A stretch of DNA of 64,000 bases from Paramecium tetraurelia. Lineage: Eukaryota. Shown here in pieces: positions 40,454-57,471 of this stretch. The stretch is taken from the NCBI GenBank assembly GCA_000165425.1, contig CT868141.1, positions 124,001 to 188,000 of the forward strand. The letters run 5' to 3'. Position 1 is the first letter of the stretch. Each line of letters opens with the position of its first letter. The notes beneath the pieces were generated by a model. That model did no database searches, was not told where the DNA came from, and was given only the letters and a program-made list of their open reading frames with translations. Position numbers and translations under genes: made by a program.

Positions 40454-41410
40454 TCATGAGACTTATTTAATTTAAGAACCTCTTGTGCTTTTTCTTACGA
40501 TTGGTTGAGGTGGCTAATTGCTTGATTATTTATTGTTTTTTTTATCCTTCATGCTTTTGATGAACTTCCTAGCCATCATCATAATCCATAGTTTATTTTC
40601 ATCTTATTTAGTAGCCCCTTTGTTTGGTTGGGATCTGTTCTTCACTATTTCATAATGTCTTTCCTTCTATTTATTGAAATCCATTTATTTTCTTCTCATT
40701 TCTTCGACTTCATTCTGTAATCTCATAAAAGTATGAATATCCTAGCAATCCATATCAACCACAATCTCCCTATCGATCTTATATTCCTCCAAAGTAGCTA
40801 ATTCATTATTGAGAAAATCTTAGTTTTATTTTAAACTTCGTAACAATTGAAAATCTTTTTTTATCAGTGCTGGTCTGAATGCTTTTAACACTTTTTATTT
40901 TTTTGTTATGACTGAATGTTTTTAAGATTTGTTGCTATTCACTAATTATAGAGTGTTTTACGATTATAAACTGATATTATGAGAAAAAGCCAAATTTTTG
41001 AGATTTTGGCAAGCATTTTAATGTTGTTCTTGATTCGAATTCGCATTTTATTCAGAATGTTAATCATTTTCTAAATCAGAATCAAAACTTTCTGAGCTAC
41101 TGAAATCAGAAACTTCAAATACAAATTCTTATTTTTTTTTCTTTCGATATTCTAATAATTAAGCATCATCCATTTAACTATCTGAACTATCTTATTCATC
41201 CACTTCGGTTTAAAACTTTTCTTTGCCTTCCACGTCTTAATTCTTATGTGCATACTTTTTCTTAGAATTTTAGAATTAAAACTTGCATTTCTCCTAAATG
41301 GATTTTCGAGATTGGGATCGAATTCTTGTTTTATGTTCAGGATCTTTAGTTATCTTCATCTCATTGCTTACTAAATTTTAAAACTTAAAAGCTCCAATTC
41401 CAATATCCAT
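40454..41410 (-). CDS. Hypothetical charged low-complexity protein
   Basis: MDIGIGAFKFQNLVSNEM... with an acidic patch (SDFSSSESFDSDLEND). Ends ...QIKQVS-TGA. Confidence 0.75.
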
Positions 41411-41432
41411 TATAATTTTAATTTATATTATT

Positions 41433-42478
41433 ATGCATAAATTCGTGACTCCAGAAACATTTGTACACAAAGTTGAGAATGATTATTTCATCAAGAAGAA
41501 GCACAGTCCTGATTTAAAAACGCAGGAAAAGAAATAAAATGAATTGAATTTTGAACTCTACCAAAACCTTAAAGATTTGAGAAACAATAATTAATTAATA
41601 CAGAATAAACAAGGCTCACTTAAAATCATCAACCCTTTGAATAAGTAAATCAACATGATGGAAACCAAAAAATAGCAGCAAGAGAAGAAAATGAGGGATA
41701 CCCAATTCGAATTGAAAAAAAAGAGTATGCTAAATGAAAATCAATAAAATTTACAATCTGACTTAAAGAATTTAGACAAAATAAGTGTTAGCGCCTTTAA
41801 AGATTTTAAAGAACAAGTTAATCTTTATAATAAATATTATAGCAACAGCATTGGATAGGAACCAGAAATCAGTGACATTCAGTATGAGGACTTAAACATT
41901 CCTTATCAATTTGTAGACAATGGAAGTAGATATGCTTACAGAGAAAAATTAAATCATGAAATACCAGAAATTAATTATTAGAATAACCAAGCATAAACCA
42001 TAATTGAGTAAATTGTATCCTACTATAAAATCTTAGAACCATTCCCTAATTGAAATTCTCGGATGAACAATTGGAGAACAAATTGCTAAACAGATTAAAA
42101 TAACATATTGTGGTAAGACAGTTAGATTAAATGGAAAATGATTATTTGATTGCAATAAGAAATAACGATTTATCAGGGCTAAAACTGATGTTGATTTCAG
42201 ATGAAACTTTCATTCAGACAAAGGATTTTGTAATATTACGATAATATTGTAGATAGGGTAAACAGGCTTGCATTTGGCTGTCAAACGCAACTACTATGAT
42301 ATATGTTAAGAGCTGATAAATCATTAGGTTGACGTCTTTGCAATTGATTATGTAAATTCAAAGTCTATAATAGGGAAACAGAACAGGTAGGTAAATGGCA
42401 GAGAAGTACAATTATTTTAAGGTGGCGAAGTTAATACAGATGGAGGAGGATTAGATCAGGAGAAATTTATAATCATGA
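41433..42478 (+). CDS. Coiled-coil protein with C-terminal ankyrin repeats
   Basis: QGQTGLHLAVKRNYYDICQELINHQVDVFAID ankyrin consensus. Several tiny introns. Confidence 0.85.
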
Positions 42479-42655
42479 AATACTTTTATTATTAAATATA
42501 ATTTAAAATTAATATTTAATTGTAATAAAAATCAGTGATTTAGTTGGTGATAATTGCAAAATAGGTATTTATTTTATCGAATCATATATATTATAAATGA
42601 ATTATAAAAGAAATACTTCAAAAAATGATTATTTTTCTAATTTATATTAAAAATA

Positions 42656-45219
<2,564 letters not shown>

Positions 45220-45745
45220 AATTTTAATTTTGTATAAAATATATATTTACTTCTCAAACTACTAGTTTTTATTCTAGCTCCCCTAAATATCTTCTAGATA
45301 TATTATTGAAACAAGGGTTTTAAGGGAGGTCTGTATATTTAAGAAAATTTGAGTACATTTAAATGAACACTTAAAACCTTATCCTAAAGATTTTCAAAAA
45401 AGTCTCTCAGATAAAGGTTCATATGTTGATGCAACTAAAATAAAAATGGCAAAAGTAGAAAGATTATAAGTGTGCAGATTTGCTGTAGCATCTAGGTTAT
45501 AAGTTCTGAGATTGCAAATGCTGTTACAACTACTCTTAAAATTGAATCATTAGAATGTTTGTTCAACATTTTCAATGAACAAAAATTCTAATTGTTTATA
45601 AAATTTTTCATAGTATTAAGATTATGATGTTTTAGGTTTAGGATAATAAGGCTGATTAATTTGCAATGTAATGTCAATTGTTGTAATTTTAATAGCAACT
45701 CCTTTTTATGAGAGTGATTAGTTTTAATTCATAAATTTTTATTTA

Positions 45746-47541
45746 ATGTATTCTCTTATTTTTTTAGTCTACATTTTTCTCCAAGTGGCATCCCATCGAT
45801 AGACATCTCCTACTAGTAGAATCATTAAAGAAGTGATTAATGAAGAACAATATTCTACTAATGTCAATTCCTCTTTCTTAATTCAATTTGCAAAGTATGT
45901 ATTAAAATCATTAGTTACTTTGACATTATTGATATATCATTATCGTCCTTAAATTAAGATAATTTTATTAAAGTAACTAAAGATGATCCATAAACTTCTC
46001 ATTTAAGTCATGGATGTCGACCTTATGATAGAGAAATATTGTATAAAAAATTATTTCATTTCATTCCATTATTTGATAATGAGACTATAGAAACTATCCA
46101 AGGGAACATTAGTTCACTTTACTCATCTACTTAGAATATATTTATAGTAAGAAGCGATCTCAAATTGATCATAATGAAATTGTTATATGACTAAGAGTTA
46201 TAAGAGATTATCGATTTGTAAGACGTATAACATATAAACTTAAATTCTGTTCTAACTAAATAGTCTGGAACTTAGTAAATATTAGATCCTGTAATCAAAT
46301 GTTATGAATATAACATTTAGTTTGTATATTGTTATGTGTTGACATAACTAGGTACAATACATTTTTAATATAACTAAGATGAGTAAATTATGTTAACATA
46401 TGAAGAAATAAAATTTTGATTGTTAAAAAAGTGACAGTAGAATTAAGTTCTAAAGTGTTGGATGTCTATTTAGAGAATAAAAATAGAATGCTATTAGTTT
46501 TGAGCTAAGGAGAAGTTTAAGTGTTTTAATCGCTTCTTGATGGAAGTTTAACTTTAATTTAAAAATTGACACCAATTCAAGAAGCAAATTTGCTGCAAGT
46601 TAAGACTAATGAAAATGGAACGCACATCTTTATTCTTGATTAACAATATGGCATTTATATATATTAAATTGATAAATCGGATGGTGAAATAACTCTGAGT
46701 GAACAGAACATTTAGATTAAAGGGGGCAGAGCATTTGATATTTCTGGAAATAGAATGTTTATTCTGTTGGAAACTGAGGATGAGCTTCCATATGTTTTAG
46801 AGTTGTTTTATGATTTAGAGAAGAGAGAACATTATTTGAATAAGATTACATCGTATGAGTAAGAGGTATACGATTTGTATGTGAGTGAGAAATTAACCAT
46901 TTTAATAGGGAATGATGTGCACTCAATAATTGAAAACTCTATTTATCATAGGTTTTATGAAAAGGAAAGTGAAAAAGAGTAATACTTCAATCAAGTTGAC
47001 TTAATTTAGGTGGATAGCTTGAATTTGCCTTGGGGTAACTAAATAAAACTGGGTTATCCATTTGAAAGTGGTCTCTTCTCTTCTATGAAGTTATTGTATG
47101 ATGAAACATATATGGTGTCCATTTCAGGGAAGGAAGTTAACGTATTTGTATTGAATTCTGTATCTCCTTGGGTTTTATGCATGGCTGAGAATACTACAAA
47201 AGAAGTATGAAATGCTTAGAATGTAGTTTTATTAATTGAGATTGAAGGCATAGAAATGTCCATCCATGAACTATGAAAATGAGAATCCTTTCATTATATG
47301 TGAATCCAGTAGAAATTTTAGTTTCTAGGGGTTGGAAATATATTTTTATGAAGACAATTCGAAATTATTCTTGGCCATAATCTTAGGTGTAATATTAACA
47401 ATAATTGGGTTATCGATTGTGTTGATGTTTTATAAAAATAGATATTAATAACTCAATATTTAAGAGGAGTATGGAAGCGTTGAGATAACATAACAGCAGG
47501 AAAATGAACTGAAAACAGAAAATCTGCCAACAATAGTATGA
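45746..47541 (+). CDS. Predicted type I membrane protein, ciliate-specific
   Basis: Signal-peptide-like MYSLIFLVYIFLQVAS, C-terminal hydrophobic LFLAIILGVILTIIGLSIVLMFY followed by KK, and a short tail. Several introns. The internal frame was not fully verified. Confidence 0.72.
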
Positions 47542-47584
47542 ATTGATAGTATTAAAATGAGTTTTATATATATAAATCAAATTA

Positions 47585-48490
47585 ATGTCAGAAGAGAGGC
47601 TCTTACAAGAAGAAACTCTTTACTCACATGGCCAATAGTATTCGTAATAGAAGTAGAACTAAGGGAATGTAGACGAGCATTAATTTGAAGTTTAGGAAAA
47701 CGAGAAGGATGAATTATTAAAGAAATTAGAAGCGTTAGAATCTAAATTGAAAAATACCATAGACGACAAGCCTTATAGTGAATTGATGAGGATATTAATA
47801 TGGGAAGCATTGGGAACTGCATTTTTTGCTTATGGGATAGTGTGTTCAAGAGGAAATGATGTCATGTTAAGTGTATATCTGTTTGGAGCAATATTTTTGA
47901 TCGGTAAGATTACAGGAGGCCATGTGAATCCTGCGGTTTCGATGTCATTTTATAGTTCGAATGAGATAAGTGCATTTACGATGAGAGTCTATTGGGCAGC
48001 TCAAGTGGGTGGGGCAATTGCAGGAGCTTTGGCTGCTTTTGTGATAGTAGGAAGAGTCACCTCTCCATACATTGAGACACAGCCAATTCAATGGATGGTG
48101 GCTGATTTTTGCGGAGAAGTACATTATATCTTGTGATCCATTAAGGCTTTGGGTACATTTGTATTTTGTTTGTTTATTCATATTCAAGTGCACCCACAAA
48201 CGTAATTAACTGAAAACAACTTGATAGGGATTGGCATTATAGCAACTGCACTCTATTTTGGTAGAATATTGACATTTCATACTGGAGGTATCTTTAATTT
48301 TTCTATGTACATAGGTTGTTTGAATCCAGCGATGGGAGTTGGATTAGGTATCTTCGAGTCACTATAGGATGGTAATTGGGATCGATTGATTAATATTTGG
48401 ATCTATATCTTTGGACCTCTTTCAGGAGCCTCTTTGGCTTCGGAGTTTTACAGAAGCGTTTATGTAGGTTTATTGCCTAAGAAAAAATGA
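47585..48490 (+). CDS. Aquaporin / MIP family channel
   Basis: Two NPA boxes (TGGHVNPAVS, TGGCLNPAMG), EALGT in TM1 and TM4, and WIYIFGPLSGA. 2 introns. Confidence 0.95.
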
Positions 48491-48510
48491 ATATTAAATT
48501 TAATATATAC

Positions 48511-51500
48511 ATGAAGATAATCTTAGGCCTTTTAGCCATCCTCTATGGGTTAGGTTAATGCAATATTATTGAAACTTCAAGACCTTGTACTTGCCAATAA
48601 CTATCTCAAAATGATTGCATAAAAAATAATTCTTGTGCTTGGAATAAAACATGCGATGTCAAAACTATAACTTAATCCAAACCAAATACTTATTGTAGCT
48701 ACTTAAATGAAGCGTAATGTCAATTAGACGACGTCTGTTAGTGGGTCAGCAGCCAATGTACCTTTTTTACAGGGTGCACTGCTTATAAATTTACAACTGA
48801 TAGGGACTGTAGAAGCATGAATAAGAGATGCTATAAATCCGATCTTAAAAAATGTATTGAGTTAAGTGAATGTATCGATTACACAGATTAAATTGTGTGT
48901 TTTATGGATGTAAATAATAGATATTGTTATTGGGATACAAAACTCAATAAATGTTCCAAGGCTATGGATTGCCCATCTTAACCGTCTGCTTTGGATACTG
49001 ATGCCTAATGCAGATCCTAAATTCCTACTTGCACAACCAAACCAGGTGGTGGGTGCATTGACGCATAATCGAGTTGTTCTGACATCACTCTTGAAATCTA
49101 ATGTTTCTATAATAAAGACCAATCTGCATAATGTTTTTGGGATAGTTCTCTCAATCCTCCTTAGTGTAAAGTAAAGACCTGTGAAAATGCTCCAGTGACT
49201 TTGAAAACAGAAGATCAATGCAAATAATTTTTAGAATAATGTACAACTCAAAAGGATGGTGGTTGTGTATTAAGATCATCTTGTGATGCTGCAAACACAT
49301 AAAACGCATGCATTAAAGATTATTACGGAAATGATTGTTTTTGGGTGGATGGCTATTGCAAATAAAAACTGTGTAGCAATGCCACCAAAGATATTGTTAC
49401 TAATGTCGGTTGTTAAGCAATTAGTGCAAATTGTATAACCAAATCTGGTGGTGGTTGTATGACCAATGGGGAATGCTCAATTGCTAATGTGGATTACGCA
49501 TGCAAAAAGAACTTAAGGGGAGAACAATGCTTTTGGGATTCCATCACTCAATCATGCAAAGATAGAACTTGTAGCAATGCCCCTTAAAGTCTATCAACAT
49601 TCGAATAATGTAGTAAATTTTTATCTACTTGCACTGTTAACTCACTTAAATAAGGATGTGAAAATAGAACTTGTGAAAATGCACCCGTATTTGTCACTAC
49701 TCTGATTGGATGTCAAGAATACCATAATGTATCTTGTATTCCCAAAAAGGATGGTGGATGTGTTACTATCAATACATGTGAAGAAGTTCAGTTAGAAATT
49801 GGTTGTATCGTCGATAATTTGTAACGTCCTTGTTTTTGGAATGATGGTAAATGCTTACTAAAAGTATGTACCAATATTCCTAAAACTGTCTACGACCAAG
49901 AATCATAAAGTTAACAACCTGTCACTCTCGACCATTCCAAATGTAATGAGTTTATGTAAACTTGCACAATCAATTAATTAGCTACGAATTGCATTAATTA
50001 CACATGTGACAATGTTTAAGATTATAACATATGTCTCTAAAACCAAAAGTGTTATTATCGTTCAACATGCTTCACCAAAACATGTTTCACTGCTCCTTTA
50101 TCATATACTACTCATTAATAATGTTCTCAATATAAGAACGTATGTACTATTGCTCCATCAGGATAAGGATGTTCTCTTATGTTATAAGCATGCAACCTAT
50201 ATAAAATTAAGACACAATGTGTTTAATCAGCTACTAGTGCTTGTGAATGGCAAGGGAATACTTGTGTTGTGAGATAATGTAATTTAGCTGATACTTCATA
50301 TAATACAACTTAAAAATGTCAGTCGTATCTATCTGGATGTGTAGTCAATAATTAAGAAAAAGGATGCACTCCTGAATTTACAAGATGTGAGGATAGTCAG
50401 ATTCAATAGAACTGTACTTTGGATGTATGCGAATGGAAAAATAATAAATGTGTTACTAAATCATGTAGTAACCAAAAGACTAATTGCACATCATATAAAA
50501 CTCCTAAGAAGTGTATCAATAATGATTCCAAAAATTTATGTATAGATGTTCCAGCCACCTGTACATTATTACCAAAGGAATATTGCTAAGAAAATATCTC
50601 TTATGACTTGATTAGTAAATATTGCTATTTGGATGGTAGTAATGCTTGTACAGAACTTACACTATAAAATGAGTGTAGTAGTTACACTTATTAGATTTCA
50701 TGCATTAAAAGGATCAACAATAAAGGTAATTGTGTTTGGGTTAGTGGAATTTGTTATAATGATGACTGTGCTGCTTTGCCAAATACTTATACTACATCTT
50801 CATAGTGTAAACTAGCAATTTCAAGGTGTATCTTAAACAACACAGGCTCAGGATGTATGAATAAAGATGAATGCTCATCTTATAATGATAAAAATTGTGA
50901 TTAATTAGATAGAAATGGTTAAGACTGTGTTTATAAGAATAGTCAATGTCAAAGGAAGTCTTGTGCAACAAGTTCTGATACTAGTCATATTGATTGCTAT
51001 AAATACATGTCAACAGGACTAAAATGCACTGTAAATAATAACAGTAATGGCTGTGTTGAATTGACATCATGTACTAATTATAAAAAAGAATCATAATGCG
51101 TTATAAGTAACACTCAAAAGGATTGCTATTGGTCTAATAATAATTGTTATGAGAAGAGCTGTTCTTTGAATACTACTTCAACAACCCATGATTAATGTTA
51201 ATCATTCATGAGCAGTTGCACTCTAAATACAAATACAAATCTGGGATGTATGGAATTTCCTGAATGTTAATTGATTTCAGATCCATCAATATGTAGTTCC
51301 AGTTCTAAATGTGTCTATCTTTCTACCAATTGCATTGTAAAGACTTGTGAAAATGCAGTATTAACTGAATATAATAATAAAAATTGTAGCGATTTGCCTT
51401 TTGAGGGCTGTTCTTATGATAGTAACTTTTGTAGCACAAAGACATGCTCATAATATGAATTCAGTACTGATGAAGAATGCATTTAATAGAATTAATATTG

Positions 51501-53208
51501 CACTACCAATGGAAAGACTTGTACAGAAAGATTAGACTGCAGTAAGGCTGTTGCAGAATAAGGATGTAAAAAAGATATGTATGGCAATCTTTGTCAGTGG
51601 ATTGAAATATCAAATATATGTACATTGAGGAATTGTTCTACTGCACCCACGTCATTAACAACTGAAATCTAATGTGCATAATATTATGATGGGTGCACAA
51701 CTAAATAAGGTGGAGGATGTACAGTTAAATCTACTTGTTCAGCTGCAAATGTCTAAGCAGCATGTAACATTTCAAAATATGGAGATATATGCAGTTGGGA
51801 TGATACCATCTAACAATGTAGAAATTAATCATGTGTTGATTTCAATGGGTTTGAATACAAATCCTGCAATAAACAAATGAGTAAATGCACCACCAATGGG
51901 TTTGGTAAATGCACAGATATTGTCAATTGTAATTCATATTTAAATGCATAATCCTGCATAATCGGAGCAGATGGCCCCTGTCTTTGGGTTACTGGAAAAT
52001 GTTATTTATACAGAGACTGCACTAGCATCAAATTCAAAACACATGAACTATGTCAACAGGTTAGTGATAAATGTACCACAGATGGGAGCAGATGTGTCTC
52101 TATCACTGAATGCAGTCAATCTAATATTTATGGAGGATGTTTCTTGGGAATTGATGGCAAATGCATCATGACATTAAATGATAAAAATGTTAAAGTTTGC
52201 ACTAATTTCACTAAATGTGCTGATGCCAAATTCAAAACTCATGCAGATTGCTATGCAGCTAATCCTGGATGTACAACTGATGGAACATAATGCATTGAAC
52301 TACTCGTTTGTAAAGATTACAAGATATAGGAATAATGTTATTTGGATATCAAGGGACCTATCTATGTAAACAATAAAATTTAAGCTACTGGAGTTTGTAA
52401 ATGGGATGGATCCTGTAGACCATAAATTTGTGAAGATCTGGTAGGAACTACACATTCTATTTGCAATAATCAAATGATGACCTGTACTACAAATGGTACT
52501 ATTTGTTATACTATGGACAAGTGCTCAACTTACTCTTTAAAGGATTTATGTACTAATGGTCTTGGTACTGATGGAAAATGCATATATTCAACAGAAAATA
52601 CAAAATGTTAACTTATGACATGTAGTGACATTACTAACAATATTTGTAATATTCTAGATAATTGTATTACAGATGGTACAAAATGCATTTCTAAAACAAC
52701 GTGCGCTTCTTATACTAGTTAAGTAGCTTGTGAAATTTCGGGAACCGATGGAACATGCCTTTGGAATGCAACTACTAAGAAATGTTCGTTATTTTCAGCT
52801 TGTTCAAATGCTCTGGATGAAAATCAGTGCAATAAGATGAATACAGTCTGTTATTGGAATGCTGATTCCACAAAATGTGTTGACTTAACTTGCGATTTGT
52901 AATTTAAATCTAAAAATAATTGTATCAACATTTCTACCTGGAGTCCTTCTTAAATTAGAGCCTGCAGTCTTGTAAATGGTGTTTGCTCAGAAATAGATCC
53001 TTAAGCTTATGGATCAAGTGAATGCTACTAGTTAACATTGTTTACTTACACATACAACACTTCCACATAAAAATGCATGTAATGTTCAACTTCAAACAAT
53101 AATTAAACAAATAACACTATTAATGACACTATTAACAACAATACAGCAGATAGCTTTTAATAGTTAATTGTCCTGGGACTTTAAATATTATCGTTATTCT
53201 TAATATGA
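48511..53208 (+). CDS. Cysteine-rich Paramecium surface-antigen-family protein (1565 aa), predicted GPI-anchored
   Basis: Signal peptide MKIILGLLAILYGLGQC and periodic Cys repeats (CFW...C..KTCENAP....T...C..FL..CT....GGC). T/N-rich spacer and hydrophobic C-terminus LIVLGLQILSLFLI. Start and stop are in the same frame, so no introns are needed. Confidence 0.92.
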
Positions 53209-53246
53209 TAATTTTTAGCTTTATACATAATATAAATAATAGGACA

Positions 53247-54583
53247 TCATTAGATTATTCCTAATTTATCCCACAAATTCTCATCACATTTGTATCCATT
53301 TACTGGGTATGTCTATGTTTATTACTCTGTCTCATAAATTTGGTCTATCGTTAATTTAAATGCATCGTCTAAGTTAAATCATTTATTTACTAAGCATTCT
53401 TGGTATCAGTTATTTGAGGAGAGGACTACTCTCTTCAATACAAGGATTTGTATTAACTTCAATTAGCCAAACATGTCCATTTTTATCTATCATAAAATCA
53501 TAGCCTAAAATTTCAAACTAAAAATTCTTTCTGCATTCATTCAATCTATGATAACCTGAATCTATTGTTAGTTTAACTATTCTTTTCATTTCTTAGATTA
53601 TTGTGTTCAATTAAGGTTTTTAAAATTTTAAATAGCGTTACATGTCGCCAAAACTGATTTAATTACCAATTTCATATTTCCCATAATATGGATGATGCTT
53701 TTAAATTGCATTGTTAGTCAGATGTATGTAGAGATTACGAATATTATTAATGTCAAATCTTTCAGTTGCTAATCTAAAATAACCTTCACGAAAGAAATAA
53801 TAATTTAATTTGTGATCTATTAACACCCATACTCTGATGTCAAATTTACGCTAATTATATAATAATGGGGTTTCGAGATATTTTTAAAGCACAATTTATT
53901 TATCTTGATCATCTATAGATAATTTGATCTTCCTTTTATTATCCAATGTCAGTGTTATCGATTTTTATTATTTAACTGAAGTCTACCCTTTTTTATTAAG
54001 ATTCTCCATCAACTCAACAAATTAATCTAAATCATTAAATAATTTAATTCCATTCCCTCTATTTAAATCTGGTGGTTTCATTAGCCATATATTTAAAGAT
54101 TATTTACTGCACTAAGTAAAATATTCCAAAAATTTCATCAAATCAGTTTAAACATGCGCTGAGTCCAAATTTATAATAAAAGTCTTTGGAACAAGATCGT
54201 CCATATTCATCTTAGTTTTCTATACTGAATCATATGCTATCTTACATTGCAATAATTTTCGAGAGTGTGAAATAAATTATTCTTGTTGGTAATCACATAA
54301 TGGTGTTCTAAATGATTAATGGTCACTTTTTTGCTCTTGAGCTGTCCCAATTAAAAATAATTAAAATATTTATTGCTTTGCTTCCAGATTAAATGAGCAC
54401 TAATATAAGTATCTCTTACTTGAAAGGAGTTCTCTATTCTTAAAAATTCGGTCTTTTAGATAGAATCTACCTAACTAATTCTCCATTATTCCCTTCTCCC
54501 ACATAAAAAAATGTCTATCTTTTAAGCGTAGTAAAGGTTGACCGTAAATCCTAGGTGCTCGAGAATTATTATTGACTTTTCAT
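53247..54583 (-). CDS. Tubulin-tyrosine ligase-like (TTLL) enzyme, probably glycylase-type
   Basis: WLMKPPDLNRGNGI, LQKYLETPLL..QRKFDIRVWVL, HLTNNAIQK, FEILGYDFMID and WLIEVNTNP motifs. Confidence 0.93.
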
Positions 54584-54645
54584 ATAATTAATATTATTTT
54601 ATAACAATTTTGACATTAAGAGAAACAAAATTAAATATCTCATAT

Positions 54646-55630
54646 TCATTCATTAAATTCATTTGCTATGTGATTCCGATAAAACGTACTTCTCATTTTC
54701 ATATCCTTGATGCTGCTATTCCCTAACTTGATATTATTATAATGATCAACATAATATTAGTTTCGATTAAAAATACTGTTATTACTCTCCTTGTCATTCA
54801 TCGGAGTTATCTCACTTGATTTTGAATAATCTAACATTTGTGATTGATTTAACAATTGAGTTTATTCCTCCTATCTTCTTTTTATTGTAGGGTTTACTCC
54901 CTCTAAAGTCGTATAGTACATCTCTAATTTATCTTTTACGTTATATAGTTTCCGTCTATCTCTCTCCATTTACTTTTCCTCTTAATCCAACTCTTTTCTA
55001 CTTTTTAATTTGGATTTCTGAGGCGATCTAACTATTACTCCAAAATGGTTTTTCAAAAATGTTATGGTCTCATCTGGACTTCGCATTCTCAATCCTCCCT
55101 TTATCAAGACCTCTGAATCACTTTGAATTTATGATGTATCTAGTAATTTCTATTCATTTATCAATTTATTTTAGTCTTCAAATAATGAATCTTTTTTTTG
55201 GAGTAACTGTTAAGTTTTTAAATTTTGAGTTTTATTTAGCTATTTTTCTAAAAATTCTCTTAACCCTTATTTTTTTAATTCAAATATTTTTTCTTATTTA
55301 TAAAGAGGCATTGAACTCAATACTTTTGTTAATACCAAATTATCTTTATTACATGAATTACTTAATACTTCTGTTCTATATTTTGAATACTAAAACTATC
55401 TTCTTTAAATGTTATCAATTATTGGAAATACTCTATCACTCTCTTACTCTTTGATTCGATTTTATTCAATCTTATATTTTTATAAACTCAAAATAACTTA
55501 CCTACCCAAATAATTCATCCACCCTCAATAAAATGTCCTTGTTTTACACCTTAACTTTTTCCTTTTTGCCACGAGTTTCAAGCGTATTTTGAAAAAAATT
55601 AATATTTCTTTCCCTTACATCTGAATTCAT
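54646..55630 (-). CDS. Hypothetical protein
   Basis: MNSDVRERNINFF... code-6 frame with tiny introns, ending ...MRSTFYRNHIANEFNE-TGA. Confidence 0.7.
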
Positions 55631-55684
55631 ATTAAAATAATATTATATTTATATTCACTCACATTCAATTGTTGCAATAAATAA

Positions 55685-57456
55685 TCAAGTACTTTTTTTA
55701 ATTAGTTATTTTGGATGTTGTAAATTAGTCAAGTTTACAATACTTTGATCCCATATGAGTTTTTGCTAATTACATATAAAATTAGTTTACTTCAGCTATT
55801 TATTCTTTTTGAAGACTACAAAATTTTGTAAAATGCTGTGAGAATTCTGATACTGTATTCTCAAATAACTTTGTTACCTCCAAATATGATTAATTATTAA
55901 AGTAAGCAAAAATATTTTTTAAATCTTCTTAAATTATGGTCTCTTATGGTAACATAATTTAAAAACTAAATTCTTTATTCTAAGTCAAGTTGCTATCTTA
56001 AAAGGCTTTAAGTTCAACAGCTGAAATTTCCCATCTGCTATAATCCTAAGATGTAAATAGTTTATTCTTTTTATATTCTAATCGAGACTTGAATTTTTCA
56101 TACTCCTATTAAGCATGTTCTTTCTATTTCATAAACTAAAATAAGAGGATTAATTTACTTCTTTTAATACCAAAACTGAATGATGATGGAATTTAAAAAA
56201 GTGACACAATTCCTCCTAAACAATCTAGATTTGAGATGTTAAATTATTTCCCCACTAAACAAGCATGTTGTTCATTGATATATACAATATATCTAATTAT
56301 GATATCTTACCTTAAGAAATGGATTAATTAAATTTATTTGATAATTGATAGAGTTCTGCGCAGGTTGATCCCATATTAAAAATAGTATTTGATAGTTAAT
56401 CAAAATCAAGCAATAATTGCTTAGAGTCCTTTCTTAATTTTTTATAACAGATATCAACAGAATTAACCAATTAAGTTGCTTCTAAATTGTAAGTATTTAA
56501 GTTGTCATTTATTTCTAATTAAATTTTACCATCAATAGAAATAATCTATTCTAGTTTAGTTACTTTTTGAACTTAAGTACTCAATTTTTAAATTTACTTC
56601 AAATCTTTTTCTTCTTTGGATGATAGAAAAGCATAAAACCATTTATCATGCCTTAGTAATTCACAATTAAATATTGATTTTAGGAATTTCTAATTTGATT
56701 TGAAATAATTACTTCTAAAAATTTCATACGCTTTTGAAGATATAATTCTTTCTCGTTCTTCAGAACGGTCTTTTTTGGTAGAGGAGGAATCTAATCTAAT
56801 ATTAAATTATACATTAATGCCAGGATAAATTTTGCAAAATAATTCCCTTAACCATAAGAAATCACTATATCTTCGCTATACAATCCAACCTATTGGATCT
56901 GTTTATACAGTATAAGAATAATATGAAGATGTGAAAATACCTCCAGGAATTCTTTAATATTTGGTTATTTAGACATTTATTCCACTTTATAAAAATAGAT
57001 CTTTTTTGTCTTGAGTTTTGCATAAATGGATTTTAGAAAAGTTTGATTTGACATCGCTAATCTCTTTGATCAGTTCATTCTAAAGCTAAGATTATGATTG
57101 CTCTTTCATTAAGCTCTAGGATGTTGAATTTAAATTTTATTCATTTTATTCTACATTTTACAAGTTTTTCTCATCAACATCCGATGATTTACCAAAACCT
57201 ACATTTTGCATCTATTAATCTTATTATGGTTAATTTATCTATTAAAATTAAGCAATTGCTAAAGATAATTCTTGATATGTCCACATGTCGATGTCTTATC
57301 CACCTAATCGTAAATTTATGTTTGGAGTGTACCGTTCTCTTTCTATTATTCCATGTAACTAATAAATGCTTCACTATCATATCCTTTATCAAGTATTTCT
57401 GCTTTTAATAGCTTTTCCTTTTATTGTACTTCATCACAATTGTTTTATTAATCCAT
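55685..57456 (-). CDS. Sorting nexin (PX domain plus BAR-like helical region)
   Basis: PX motif GGIFTSSYILYTVQTDPIGWIVQRRYSDFLWLRELFCKIYPG, followed by a long helical C-terminal half. Several introns. Confidence 0.9.
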
Positions 57457-57471
57457 TAATAATATTTAATA

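Noticed and set aside
48600..53000. Periodic repeats as a CRISPR array or satellite
   Set aside because: The periodicity is at protein level (Cys spacing) with diverged DNA, and there is no identical repeat-spacer structure.
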